In this document: one piece after another, positions 11,328 to 22,460 of the stretch | Position numbering within the stretch: the first letter of the stretch is position 1 | Layout: every line of letters starts with the position of its first letter | From: Zancudomyces culisetae HAW-14-8 | Lineage: Eukaryota; Fungi; Kickxellomycota | Direction: 5' to 3' | Assembly (NCBI GenBank): GCA_052426225.1 | Contig: JBNJNM010000006.1 | Coordinates: 1,860,001-1,924,000, forward strand | Length of the DNA stretch: 64,000 nucleotides | The notes under the pieces: generated by a model | Databases searched by the model: none | What the model saw: only the letters and a program-made list of their open reading frames with translations | What the model was told of the DNA's origin: nothing | Translations under genes and position numbers: made by a program

Positions 11328-14300
11328 CTAATAGCTGAACCACAATGCCTTCAAATCACCATTAACGTTGTCAATTGAGGCCCAAGTCGAGACCCATAGA
11401 TGGTTTTTGTTGGCATCAATACCAACATTGGCATCAGATAGCTCCTTTGGAGAAACAGCTTCTCCATCAGTCACATTTGCACCCACAGCATCATTCTCTC
11501 TAGCATTACTACTACCCTCAACATGTGTAGCATCATCAACATTGTCAACAGCTGCAGCTGTTGTGGCTGCTTGGGATGATGGTGAAGGCGGAGGTGGAGC
11601 CAGTACCTTTACGTTCTCTAACGGATTGCTGTCGGTTGTAGTGGTATTGTTGAACACACCAAACGAATCAATTACCAAAATCAGGTTTTTCAACTGTTCC
11701 TGGGCTATTTCAGCCAATCCAAAGTTGGATCTAAATCCTTGATTCTGTTTACTGGTTACTGAACCCATAGCTGGATTTGCCAACGACATTTGGTTTGCGT
11801 TTGTTTTTGTTTTCGCTGCTGATGCTGGCGGTGTCGTCGGGACAGTAGTACCGCCAGCACTGTTTTCAGACACATTGGGTCCTTTTCCAGAAAGAACAGA
11901 TTGATCAGGGGAAGATAATGGCATAGTAGCAGAGGTGCGAGGCTGGTGAAATTGAGAAACTGGGTTTTTGGTTGCCATGTATTTCACAAATACATCAACA
12001 ATCCTCAACCAAACCAAATCAAATGCCGACTGCGACTGAGAGGATTGGTGGTGGTGAGATTCAGGGACATTAATTGCGGCGCTTGGCAACACAAAGTCAT
12101 AAATAGGAGCGTTGCTACCAAAAGTATGACTGCTGCTGGAAATACTCGTGCTGCCTGGCGTATTGATTAGCGAGGATGTGGTGTCGCAGTTGATCAGTTC
12201 GTTGGAGTGGTTAAGAACAAAATAAGACAGCAGGTTTAGCGCCTTAATGTGAATGTCTTCCATCTTACTGTCAGCCATCGTGTCAGGCCGGAGCAGAGTG
12301 TACATCAAGGGAAGCAGCACGCGCTGAAGAATAGAATATACCCAACTGGAAGGAGGTGTGGGTATAACCTGCTGCGAGCCTTGTTTGTGGGCCGATGATT
12401 TCGTATCTTTATCGCTGTGATCGGATTTTTGTTGAGCAGAAACAGGAGCAGAAACTGCGAGCCATTGAGTGCGCATCAAAGATCTTTGCAAATTCAAACA
12501 TGATGCACTCCCCAAGTCTCTATTCTTAGAGGAAACAAGAGCGGTGATTGAATTAAGGGTCTTTAGCCATTGGTTGAACAGTTGAGAAGCAGTGTTGTCC
12601 AAACGGAATACATAGCTGTTGGGCTGATTCTGTGTAGAAGCTGGATTGTAGGCATGACGAATCAACTGCTGATTAGCAAATGTTTGTAAAGACACCAGCT
12701 CGGAAAGAATTCTTTGAGAAAGCGCAAGCGCACCCTTTTGCTTTGCCGAACTGACTTTTAGCTGTTGAGCTTTATGTGCTCCTCCACCAGAAACGACAGA
12801 ATACATACGATCGGGTGGGTTGAACGCCAGCAACAAATCAAGAATATCTGTAACAAACACACTGGTCGGAGGCTTAAAGAGCGAATCCTCTGGATGGGCT
12901 GTATCAAGTCGATGCTTATGCGACAAATAAACCACTACTTCAAATCCGGCTTGCATCGCCTTGCTGGGATATTGCGGCTGAGACTCGGTTGGTCTGGATA
13001 ACGACCGCAGCAACAGAGATACAACGGGCCAGTTGTTTGCTGCCACCAAAATCCGGTAGTCCAGCATCGCTATGACTCGCAGTCCAGCTGCAACTGCCTC
13101 TTCTGCGCTCTCAAGCGTGTCGCTCTTGCAGTCACTCAATAATGCTACACACCGGAAAATTCTTTCTACAACGTCTTGATGCCTTGTCACTATAGCTTTT
13201 TGGATCCTTCGGGCGTTGTCCTTGCAAGATTCGTTGTTTTCAGCAATTGCCATCAGTGAAACAATAGCAATCCGCAACAATACATTTGTCATTCTCTCAA
13301 CCAACAACAAATCCATCCTATCTGCGTTTTCAAACGCTCTTCTAAACTGACTTTCAAACACATTCCAAATCTGTGGGATCTTTTCTGGCATGCTTTCGCA
13401 TAAATACCCCACAACCTCCACAAAGAATAACTCGGATCGTCTGTATTTATTCCTACCATCACCACCAAAACCTTCTACGCCTACTCTACCTTGACTCCCA
13501 ACAGCTCCAACAACACGCCCATCCTGTCCACCACTTACTTGCTGATCCCCTTGTGCCATACCCGATGTAGCCGTATGAGTAGAAGAACTGGATATGCTGT
13601 GGCTGTCATTCCCACCTTGTAAATCTTTACTTCCTTTCCCACCAAGCTTTTCACCTATTTTTTTACTCGCTCTAGTCTCCCCTAATCTCCCGGATTCCAT
13701 TGCGCTAAAAAACGTCGATAGCCCTGTCAAAAACCGCTGGAATGACTTGTCGGGAATTTCACTGACCCCACTAAACATTTGATCCAGTTCACAACTAAGT
13801 ACGCAATCTTTGCTGCTCAACACAAGTTGTACCAGCAAATCCAGTGGTTCTCGCCATTTTGACACTGTCCGCAATCGGAATGGTTTGAGCTCCATAAATC
13901 TTGCCGAAATGTCTTTATACCCATCGTATTTCTCCTCAGGTTTTTTCCTTGCCCCCTGTTCTTCCACAATACCAGTAAGCTGCGGATTATCTCCAACTTC
14001 TTTGATGGTGCTAATTACACTTTCCCTGGTACCTTCAGCAACCCCTGAATCACCTGGCTTATCACCAACACTACTGCCACTACTCTCTTTTGCCGACTTT
14101 TCGCTCTTTTCTCCATCAAGTGATGATATATAATCCACTCCAAGTATTCTCGTCAGCCTCATCCCCTTGCTACTTCTACGCACCCCTGGAATGGTTGTAC
14201 TCCAATCTAAATATCCCAACTCGGAAAGTAACTCAGGATTGTTGGCATCCCGCCTATAGCCTGTGCCATCGCTATCCGGTGACATCGTCACTCCTCCCAA

Positions 14301-17300
14301 AAACGACGTTAGAGCTGAGAATAGTCCCTTGCCGCCAGACTGTGCCTTTTCGGTTTCTGTGTTTTTAGAATCACCCAGTGCTTCTTTATAGACCTTACGC
14401 TTCGCCATGTTGTATCGTTTCAGCGTATCTACCCTTGGGATGGTCGAAACTCCATGCACTAGATGTCTGACTCTCAAACTCTTTTGTGACACCAAATCTG
14501 AATTGACCAGATTCTGCAGAACTGCCAAAACAACTCGCCACCCATTTACACCAATAACCTCTGGCCACTGCTGCACCGTTTGAAACAAACAAAACAGCGC
14601 AATTTGCCCGCAGTAGTCTCTCCCAAGCTGCAGCGCCAAATTCGTCAAAACGAGTCCTCTGTCTCCATCAAACTCCCATTGCATCACGTTGTCGCTCTCC
14701 ATAAACCTAGCCAACCGTTGTGGTGTGCACTCTTCCATTGAACTATCTCCCAACTTAACACAGTTCTCTATCAGCAAGCTATTCAGACCCTCCAACATCC
14801 TTTCTGCAAATACATTCTGTGCTTTTATGAGCATTCCCTCGTTTATTTCTGCGAGTACTCCCACTCTTGCTTTGTTTTCCGGCTCAGCTTGCGGTTGTGA
14901 ATCGGTTTGTAATTGCACATGCATTCTTGAATTATCCGAGTCATATTCAAACTCCTCAAATTGGTACTGCGTTATTTGTGTAAACCTGCATTCCACTATC
15001 TGTGGCGATTCTACATCTTCCAACACCTGTGAATTCAGTGTTCCACTCAACTGGGCCAGATATATCAATGCCTCGTCGACACATGCAACTATATTATATT
15101 TTGCTGCTATTCCTAACACCGAATATAACCCCGAGAGTGCTGCTCGCAACGCATAATCATTGCTACAGTGCACCACAACTCTTACTATTACCTGTAGTAG
15201 CCGCGACCATATTGCACTAAACAATATACGATCACATCTGTCCAATGCCTTGCTTTCAAGCCACATTCCATTGGTTTCTCCCTCTCCTTCGTCTGTTATT
15301 TCATCTTTCCCCACCATTTCCTTCCATGCATGCTCAAACCCTGCTTCCCCCTCATGTTCTTCTGGAAATACTATCTCCTTTTTCCGTATTTCATCGTAAA
15401 TATCTCTCAACAGTTTTGTAGAGAAATCCTGTCCATCGTTAACTCCCCGCAGATTTTTGCAGAAATCTTCAAATTTCATCCGCGATTTAACCCTTGGATT
15501 ATGCTGATCTGTATTCAGCATTATTATCGCAAATGACAGCACAAAAGCTGCATCCCTTGAAGCTATTTCTTCTGGCTCGCTCGCAAAGTACGCTGTTGAA
15601 AATGCCCCCATAATTTTTTCAATCTGTTGCGACTCGCCTGGAAGTCTAAATGTTCCCAATAGCATTCTCGCTGCCTCATCCAGTCTCTTGTGTTTAAAAT
15701 CAAACTGACCAAGATATGCGTGTAGCACCTCTGAACTGGATGGCTTGGATAAATACTCTCCCACCAATTTTTTGTTTAATGCTGGCGTTGTTCGTAAAAA
15801 TCTAGCCAGCTTCATTATCATTTCAGTATTGCTGTCTGATGGCAGGTAACCCGCATTCTGAAGATACGCTATTCCTTTACTCGGTTTTTCGTTAAACTGA
15901 AGTGCTGCCCTATACATTGCTACCTTTCTCCTACGTCTCTGCAACAGATTTTTTATACTTACTCCCCCTTCCTGCTCGTCTTCTGTCCCCTCGCCTACTC
16001 CTACTCCTACTCCTCCCGTTCCAACAGCAACATCCTCGTCCTTCCCGAGTAGCTTGGCCCAACTACCTACCGGTTGCTCGACCCCCGCTCTAGATGCCAT
16101 ATTATGAATATAGTGGAGCAGAATATCCAAATATGCTGGCGATTCGATTTCGTGTCTTGTTCCTGGCCATGGAACAGCCTTCAGTGTCACAAACGATATT
16201 ACAAAGTCATATATATTACTCCGTTGCATATCACAATCATAATTCGCCCATAAACAATTCATTATGGTTCCTGTAAGTGTCAAGATTCGATGAAGCTCTT
16301 CCAAAAGAACTCTTCTGACTTCTCCTATGGCCATCGGCCCACGTACTCCCGGTCGCATGCACATCTGATTGTATAGCTCAACCTCGTGTGCATTTTTTGG
16401 TGCATCGCTATTCCTTGAAACTTCAATCGAAGAAACAAAGTTACCTTCGGACTCACCATGCTCTGAAAATCCACTTTCCTTGCCTCCCCCATTCACATCT
16501 ATATTTTTGTTTCTCGCATCTGTTCCCTCAGCCTTCTTTTCCATACCTTTATTCTCGTCACCATCCATGCCGTCTTGTTTTTGTTGTTTAGGCGAGCCAT
16601 CACCCCCTACCTCGCCCTCCCTTTCATCTGCTAGCGGAGTCATTACCCTGCCCACTATCTGACACAGAAACAACTCCAGCTGTGTTTTACTACGCTCTCC
16701 CTGTGTCAATATAATCTCGTGTAATAGTCTGAACGCTGGAAACATTAGCCCCAAATTACTTCCTGCAGTTATCACCAACAGATTATAGCAGAGATCATGC
16801 AAGACTAAACTCTGCAGTTCTGGATGATGCGATATCGTAATTCCTGACACCTGAACTATGGTTCGCAGACATTTAAGTGCCAATACTCTCATGGTATCCG
16901 TGTATTGAAGGTTTTGTATGTTTGTTAGCGTAACCAACACTTTCAAAAGCTCATGGGCTGACCCGTACCCATAAGGCTGCCATCCGAGCACCCCCTCTTC
17001 CTTCGGTTCCAGCTCTACAGGCTTTGCATTTATTTTCCCCTCGGTTTCCAATTCGTTAAATCTTTTAAAGATAGCTTCCACTAAGCTCAGCAACGTCATC
17101 TCTGAAGATTTTCTCAAAATCTCACTGAGTCTCATTTGGCACGTAATTCCCAGCACTGTTTCTATCATCCCACAAATCGCTGTATCTGTCAAAAATTCAC
17201 CGTTTTTTGACCTGACAATAAGCTTCAATACCTCAAGAATTTGTAACAGCACTACTTCATCCGCAACTAGATCTGTAGCCTCAAATCTACACTGTGTAAC

Positions 17301-17936
17301 TGTCATACTCAGCTCGTGTAGTGCCTTTAAACCTTCCGCACTTTCAAAATCTATAACCTCAAGCTTTATGAGATGCTCTATACTCTCCAGAGCTATTTTG
17401 ATTATTAAACCTGTGGTGTTTCCGCTTTTGACTATTGCAAGAAATGGCCTCAAAATTTCACATGTTCCCAGTAAATTCGGTCTCGATGCAGCTTTGACCT
17501 TTTTCTTTAAACTTAAAAAACCAAAAAGCAACCCTGCATCTGTTCCCTCTAGCCTTTCACTCTCTTCTTCACCAAACTCCTCCTCGCCGAGGGTAAATGC
17601 GGTTAGACCCAACTTTACACCTGCTTTTCCAAAAGTACGTAAGTCAAAGATAGCTTGTTGGTTTTCTTTCTCGATTCCCGCTAGCCCCCTGGACAAAAGA
17701 CCATTGTGTGTCTCAAAAGTGGAATCGCTTTTGCTTGATAATCCAGCGGTTGCTCTAGGTAATGAATCTCCTCCAACCCACAAGGAACCCAACCCCTCCT
17801 GTTCGGCTACCTCTCGCCACTTCACATTTCTCCTCATCTCCATTACCACCCGGCTTATTTCGCCATCAATAGTATCCTTCCATATGTTTAAGCTATTGAC
17901 TATACCATCGTTCCATCTTTTATTTTTTTCAGTCAT
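11328..17936 (-). CDS. GEA1: ARF guanine-nucleotide exchange factor, GBF1/Gea1/Gea2 family (DCB-HUS-Sec7-HDS), 2202 aa
   Basis: N-terminal GEISRVVMEMRRNVKW, DCB motifs LRPFLAIVKSG and CRFEATDLVADEVVL, HUS box NYDCD, and a Sec7 domain (FNEKPSKG...FRLPGESQQIEKI...IIMLNTDQHNP) with the glutamic finger. Confidence 0.93.
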   Translation of the reverse strand: MTEKNKRWNDGIVNSLNIWKDTIDGEISRVVMEMRRNVKWREVAEQEGLGSLWVGGDSLPRATAGLSSKSDSTFETHNGLLSRGLAGIEKENQQAIFDLRTFGKAGVKLGLTAFTLGEEEFGEEESERLEGTDAGLLFGFLSLKKKVKAASRPNLLGTCEILRPFLAIVKSGNTTGLIIKIALESIEHLIKLEVIDFESAEGLKALHELSMTVTQCRFEATDLVADEVVLLQILEVLKLIVRSKNGEFLTDTAICGMIETVLGITCQMRLSEILRKSSEMTLLSLVEAIFKRFNELETEGKINAKPVELEPKEEGVLGWQPYGYGSAHELLKVLVTLTNIQNLQYTDTMRVLALKCLRTIVQVSGITISHHPELQSLVLHDLCYNLLVITAGSNLGLMFPAFRLLHEIILTQGERSKTQLELFLCQIVGRVMTPLADEREGEVGGDGSPKQQKQDGMDGDENKGMEKKAEGTDARNKNIDVNGGGKESGFSEHGESEGNFVSSIEVSRNSDAPKNAHEVELYNQMCMRPGVRGPMAIGEVRRVLLEELHRILTLTGTIMNCLWANYDCDMQRSNIYDFVISFVTLKAVPWPGTRHEIESPAYLDILLHYIHNMASRAGVEQPVGSWAKLLGKDEDVAVGTGGVGVGVGEGTEDEQEGGVSIKNLLQRRRRKVAMYRAALQFNEKPSKGIAYLQNAGYLPSDSNTEMIMKLARFLRTTPALNKKLVGEYLSKPSSSEVLHAYLGQFDFKHKRLDEAARMLLGTFRLPGESQQIEKIMGAFSTAYFASEPEEIASRDAAFVLSFAIIMLNTDQHNPRVKSRMKFEDFCKNLRGVNDGQDFSTKLLRDIYDEIRKKEIVFPEEHEGEAGFEHAWKEMVGKDEITDEGEGETNGMWLESKALDRCDRILFSAIWSRLLQVIVRVVVHCSNDYALRAALSGLYSVLGIAAKYNIVACVDEALIYLAQLSGTLNSQVLEDVESPQIVECRFTQITQYQFEEFEYDSDNSRMHVQLQTDSQPQAEPENKARVGVLAEINEGMLIKAQNVFAERMLEGLNSLLIENCVKLGDSSMEECTPQRLARFMESDNVMQWEFDGDRGLVLTNLALQLGRDYCGQIALFCLFQTVQQWPEVIGVNGWRVVLAVLQNLVNSDLVSQKSLRVRHLVHGVSTIPRVDTLKRYNMAKRKVYKEALGDSKNTETEKAQSGGKGLFSALTSFLGGVTMSPDSDGTGYRRDANNPELLSELGYLDWSTTIPGVRRSSKGMRLTRILGVDYISSLDGEKSEKSAKESSGSSVGDKPGDSGVAEGTRESVISTIKEVGDNPQLTGIVEEQGARKKPEEKYDGYKDISARFMELKPFRLRTVSKWREPLDLLVQLVLSSKDCVLSCELDQMFSGVSEIPDKSFQRFLTGLSTFFSAMESGRLGETRASKKIGEKLGGKGSKDLQGGNDSHSISSSSTHTATSGMAQGDQQVSGGQDGRVVGAVGSQGRVGVEGFGGDGRNKYRRSELFFVEVVGYLCESMPEKIPQIWNVFESQFRRAFENADRMDLLLVERMTNVLLRIAIVSLMAIAENNESCKDNARRIQKAIVTRHQDVVERIFRCVALLSDCKSDTLESAEEAVAAGLRVIAMLDYRILVAANNWPVVSLLLRSLSRPTESQPQYPSKAMQAGFEVVVYLSHKHRLDTAHPEDSLFKPPTSVFVTDILDLLLAFNPPDRMYSVVSGGGAHKAQQLKVSSAKQKGALALSQRILSELVSLQTFANQQLIRHAYNPASTQNQPNSYVFRLDNTASQLFNQWLKTLNSITALVSSKNRDLGSASCLNLQRSLMRTQWLAVSAPVSAQQKSDHSDKDTKSSAHKQGSQQVIPTPPSSWVYSILQRVLLPLMYTLLRPDTMADSKMEDIHIKALNLLSYFVLNHSNELINCDTTSSLINTPGSTSISSSSHTFGSNAPIYDFVLPSAAINVPESHHHQSSQSQSAFDLVWLRIVDVFVKYMATKNPVSQFHQPRTSATMPLSSPDQSVLSGKGPNVSENSAGGTTVPTTPPASAAKTKTNANQMSLANPAMGSVTSKQNQGFRSNFGLAEIAQEQLKNLILVIDSFGVFNNTTTTDSNPLENVKVLAPPPPSPSSQAATTAAAVDNVDDATHVEGSSNARENDAVGANVTDGEAVSPKELSDANVGIDANKNHLWVSTWASIDNVNGDLKALWFSY

Positions 17937-19690
17937 TTCTATGGTTATTCGCTGTGTAGTTCTTTATAGATAGAAGCTTTCAGAATTTAAACATTCTCCC
18001 GCTACTCAAAGAACTCGTGTACCTGTATACTTGTGATTATTATGTTTTTACAAGTTTTGGGTTTTCTGGAATTAAAATAGTGTATATACATTTGCAAATA
18101 ATTAGGGTTAATCCACATTGATTGGTGGTGAAAATTAAACAATTCCTATTTACTTGGATTTGACGTTTCCAAGGCTAATTTGCCAAAGACACCACATTTA
18201 CACGAAAATTCGCTATACGAAAAAGAAAAAATATATTTTGCATGCCCCCCCCCAGCTTGGAGGCTGCTAAACAACCAAAATAGTGAAACACGGAGCGTTA
18301 CTGCGAATTTATTTCTGAGCTCTGTCTCAAGATACCCAGAGAACTGACATTTGTTTAAAGATAAATTTCTGTTCCAAAACTATGGGCTAGTGATTAACTA
18401 GAAAAAACGGTACTAATCATACAAAATGACTAACCAGTAGCATGTATTTTTGCTGGACTTACGATTATTAGCGAGATGGTGGCATAAATCACTAACCGAG
18501 CTTTCTACCACTAACAAGCAGTACACGTGATGCTAATCATGTAACTGCTTATACATAAGTACATCTCGAGTTTTGAACCTCATCCCTACTCGTAATTTGT
18601 GTAAGATGCTTTTCCAACACATAAGAGGCAGGATTGTATTTTTAGTTGTTAAATCAGGCTGTTCTTAGCTCTCTAACTCATAGATTACCAATCTATGAAT
18701 AGATTATATCCAGTAGCTTACAGGGAGGGATGGGGAGGTTTTTATACACTTTTTTTTTACAAATTCCTTTCGTTAAAAATTTTTGTGGTTACCTTAAAAT
18801 GACATTTTTAGTGGTTTTAATCTCGATTATACTCTAAGGTACTCATTCTTCAGCTGAAGCAAATAAACATGGAAAAGAATACCCTTTCCTTTAATTTTTA
18901 CCGCCTTTAGGTTCCATGTCTATGGTAAACTATACAGAATCAAATCCACGTATTGTACGCAGATGGGCTTGACGCAATTAATTAGCCCATGCCAGTACTT
19001 AGTTTGCAAAATACTCAACTCCCTTGACCCCCCCCGTCCCCCTCTCCTCTCTTCATAAAATTTGAAATAAACCCACTATCAAAAATTGTACAGGGTCGGG
19101 AACACTAATAGACACATTCAGCTTACAGAGTATAATGCTGTACAGTCACTGTTGCTTGATACACAATCGAATCAAACGAAGAATGTAGTACATTTAGAAT
19201 TTTACATTGAAATAGCTAAATAACCAGATTATACTGTTAATAAAAATGAGATCAATGGTTTTGTCAATACAAATTTGCATTGGCTTTAAATCGGAGATAC
19301 CATGACAGAAAAATATATACGTCGTATCACAACACGCTGTTGGATCTCAATAACTAGGGTCATTTGTCTGTTGGTGCAATATGTACTCATCTTATCAATG
19401 GAACTTATTTGCCATCAAAAATCAGAGGAGGTTGTTTAAGTTTTTTGTAGCAAGGAAGAAAGAAAGTACAGGGCTAGATACCCTTCTGTTGAAAAAACGA
19501 TATAGTTGAAACTGCGAACGCTTATTTAAGGTAAGTTCGACAAAAACGCTCAACAATTCCACTAATCGCTAATCACTGTGTTTTTAACTCGATTGTGGTG
19601 GAAGCGTTTGAAGATAGAGCTACTAGAATATAACTCAGGGTTTATGCATTCAATGGTGAATTGTTTCTCATGATAATAGACCGAAAAAAA

Positions 19691-19725
19691 AACTAAATAC
19701 TAAATACTAAATACTAAATACTAAA
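19691..19725. repeat. Short tandem repeat (ACTAAAT) x~5
   Basis: Seen directly. Confidence 0.8.
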
Positions 19726-20435
19726 AACGTTCCATTGCTTTATAAGATTTTTATTCTTTAAATAGACGTTTTCCTGTGTTGTTAATGCCTATTGTACTAG
19801 TTTTAGAACACCAACTTAAACCACACCACTGAATACTACAACACCATTATCAGTAGGTAGGTTGGGGGTAAATGATATTTTTTTAAAATTTTTTTCAAAG
19901 AACAATAAATTCCTTTATTAATGAAAACGTTTTGGTTATAATTGAAAGTTGATTATTTGGCCTAAATGCTTTAAAACCTTTGAAGAGCAAAAATAATGAC
20001 AAAAACGTACTCTTGCTAAGCAACATCAGGTATTATAATTTAAAATAATATTATTAAACTAATAATCAAAAACTGGAAACATAGTCTATATTAATAAAAA
20101 CTAAACCTTTAGCCTTACAGAAAAAAAAATACTCTATACTAAGAAATTTACTGAATATCCCCCCCCTTAAATAAATACTACTCCTCACAGTCTTTGATAC
20201 CATCAAGGCCTCTATCGCTACTTTATAATCTATACCTTAACCTATGAAACAGTATATATATTATTTTAATAATATTTGTCAACACCAGAAATCGGAATTA
20301 ATAGTACTAGCTTGATGTCAACACCTATATAAGTAACTGAACGAAAAAAACATTGTTACATCAAAAGCTAAAATCCAATAGTGTAAAACTCAAGAACTAG
20401 TAAAAATAAGGCAAAAATAAAATAAAAGGTTGTAA

Positions 20436-22049
20436 ATGGACCGAGCACTTAAAGATTGTGATGCTCTTTCAAATAATTCGGGAAAAGCTGCAATGGTGCG
20501 AGAAAGCGAGTTTCCATTACCACCATTAGATGTGCATACCCAATTACTACATTGCAAGAGTATCGAAGATGTTAGTAGTGGAACACTTGACCTAGACAGT
20601 TTTAATTTTCAAAGTACTTTGGGAAAAGTGTTGCTTCCTCCAGAGACAAAGTTTAGCACTCTTTTTGATGAGAACATGTACAATAACTTGATTGACAAGG
20701 GGTTATTGAATACCAAAATCAAGGCAAGAAAGCCAATGAATAGAAATTATCCAAGGTCATACACGGAGCAAAACCAAGATCATGGCTCATCGGCAAGTGA
20801 TGAGTTGGAAAGCTGGGAAAAGTTTGTAGAAGACAGTCTGAAAAAAACGGCCTCATGCACCCAAAAACTTCAACTAGATGACAGATACGTTTCTCGTGCT
20901 CCAAAACATGAACGGTCTCGCACACACAACGACATAACATATTCCAGAACACAAAATGATGAAGGATCCTCAAAATATGTTTCAGGATCTGGTGCTACAC
21001 TAGTTTCTCCAAACAAATCAGAGCTCGTGTACTCTGTTTCTGTGAGAAGCGACAATTCGACAACTTCCACGGAGAAAACGAACATCAAACTCTCACATTA
21101 CGGAACAATGGCAAACAATAGCCCTTGTATTTCAGACCTACCGCAAAGCGAAGATACCAACGACTTTCATGAGGAATGTTCAAATTTCTTGATAAATAAT
21201 CTTTATATGGGCACTGGTGTTCTGAACAAAGTACAACCAGGAGTGATGGAGCATTCAAAGCTTGTACACAACAAGTTAGGGTACTCTAGGCTTAACTCTG
21301 GCTCCTACAATCTTGAAGACAGCTTTTCAGATTATACTGGCGAAATGTGTGATACAGCTAGTGTTTATTCTGAAAATATGGCAACTGGTAACAAATACGC
21401 ATCAAGTTTAATGCTACATGCGAACCACAGCATAATTACGGATATTACTGATATTCCATCGCCACAGGTATCTTTTTGCAACATTGAACGAAGTAATTCA
21501 TGTTTAAATCCATACGTAAGAGCCAATAGTAAAACACTTATCGAAGCCAACTCCGGAATATATGGAAAAGTGGGTCTGAGGGTGGGAAATTCGATTCGAA
21601 ACAGGTTAAGCGATGTTGAGCAAAACTATGTTGATATGAGGCTAAATAAGCTAAATGAAAGAGCAGGAAGCATAGTTCACCAACGAAGTTTTTTGGATTT
21701 GTCTGATGAATGTGATGATAATAAAGGTGGATTTGAGAGCGCACTCAAAAACGGGTTTGTACAGCACCAAAAAAGCGTTACTGACTTTATGCGGAGTGCA
21801 GCCAGCTGTGTCAAAAAAACTGGCTCCTCACTATTTGCAGAGACGCGCAAAGTCGGTGACACCGACACCACGCTTGTAAAAAACAAGCCGCTATTTAGAA
21901 AAAGGAAACATTCTAAAAGCATTGATCATACTGCGCAACACTTACAAAATCTTGACTTAAACCTCAAGAGCACCAAAACCTCGTTTTTGTCAAAATGTAA
22001 AAAAAGTTTTCATAAATTAAACGAAAAAATCGGTCAGAAACAGAGCTGA
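20436..22049 (+). CDS. Hypothetical Ser/Asn-rich protein (537 aa), likely disordered, with a basic C-terminus
   Basis: 1.6-kb ATG-initiated ORF with higher GC than its flanks and an A-rich start context. No recognisable domain. Confidence 0.75.
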   Translation: MDRALKDCDALSNNSGKAAMVRESEFPLPPLDVHTQLLHCKSIEDVSSGTLDLDSFNFQSTLGKVLLPPETKFSTLFDENMYNNLIDKGLLNTKIKARKPMNRNYPRSYTEQNQDHGSSASDELESWEKFVEDSLKKTASCTQKLQLDDRYVSRAPKHERSRTHNDITYSRTQNDEGSSKYVSGSGATLVSPNKSELVYSVSVRSDNSTTSTEKTNIKLSHYGTMANNSPCISDLPQSEDTNDFHEECSNFLINNLYMGTGVLNKVQPGVMEHSKLVHNKLGYSRLNSGSYNLEDSFSDYTGEMCDTASVYSENMATGNKYASSLMLHANHSIITDITDIPSPQVSFCNIERSNSCLNPYVRANSKTLIEANSGIYGKVGLRVGNSIRNRLSDVEQNYVDMRLNKLNERAGSIVHQRSFLDLSDECDDNKGGFESALKNGFVQHQKSVTDFMRSAASCVKKTGSSLFAETRKVGDTDTTLVKNKPLFRKRKHSKSIDHTAQHLQNLDLNLKSTKTSFLSKCKKSFHKLNEKIGQKQS

Positions 22050-22460
22050 TTGTTTATGTTGTATAACCAACTACAATATATGTAGTTTTCTATATTCAGC
22101 GATAAGTTCATCCCCATTACCCTATTGATTGATAACTCCTAATATACGTTTTACCATTTTATCCTTGACTAGACAACCCTGATAGATATAAACGCCTTTC
22201 CTTTATACTTTTCGTGAATAAAAAAATGATGTAAAATTGCTTGTATAGCTCTTGTAAAAGTATATCTGTACATTATTTAGCGATCGTGACTCCAGCAAAA
22301 AGCTTGTAGAAAAATAAATTCTTAAAGTAAAAGTAGATTAATGGTATTTATGACAATACCAACATAAACTTATATTAGTAATAAACAATAAGTAATAAGT
22401 AATAAAAGGGAAAAACACATAAATATCAATTGACAAATAAATGGGAGGGGAGATGTGGTT

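Noticed and set aside
3972-17973. Many 60-200 aa ORFs antisense to or overlapping the URB2-like and GEA genes (also within MCM6, the permeases and pol)
   Set aside because: Shadow ORFs of long coding sequences, with no motifs.
20242-20260. 19-bp exact match CTATGAAACAGTATATATA, also at 32141-32159, in two promoters
   Set aside because: AT-rich and seen only twice. A chance match is plausible in 64 kb, so it is not called as a regulatory site.
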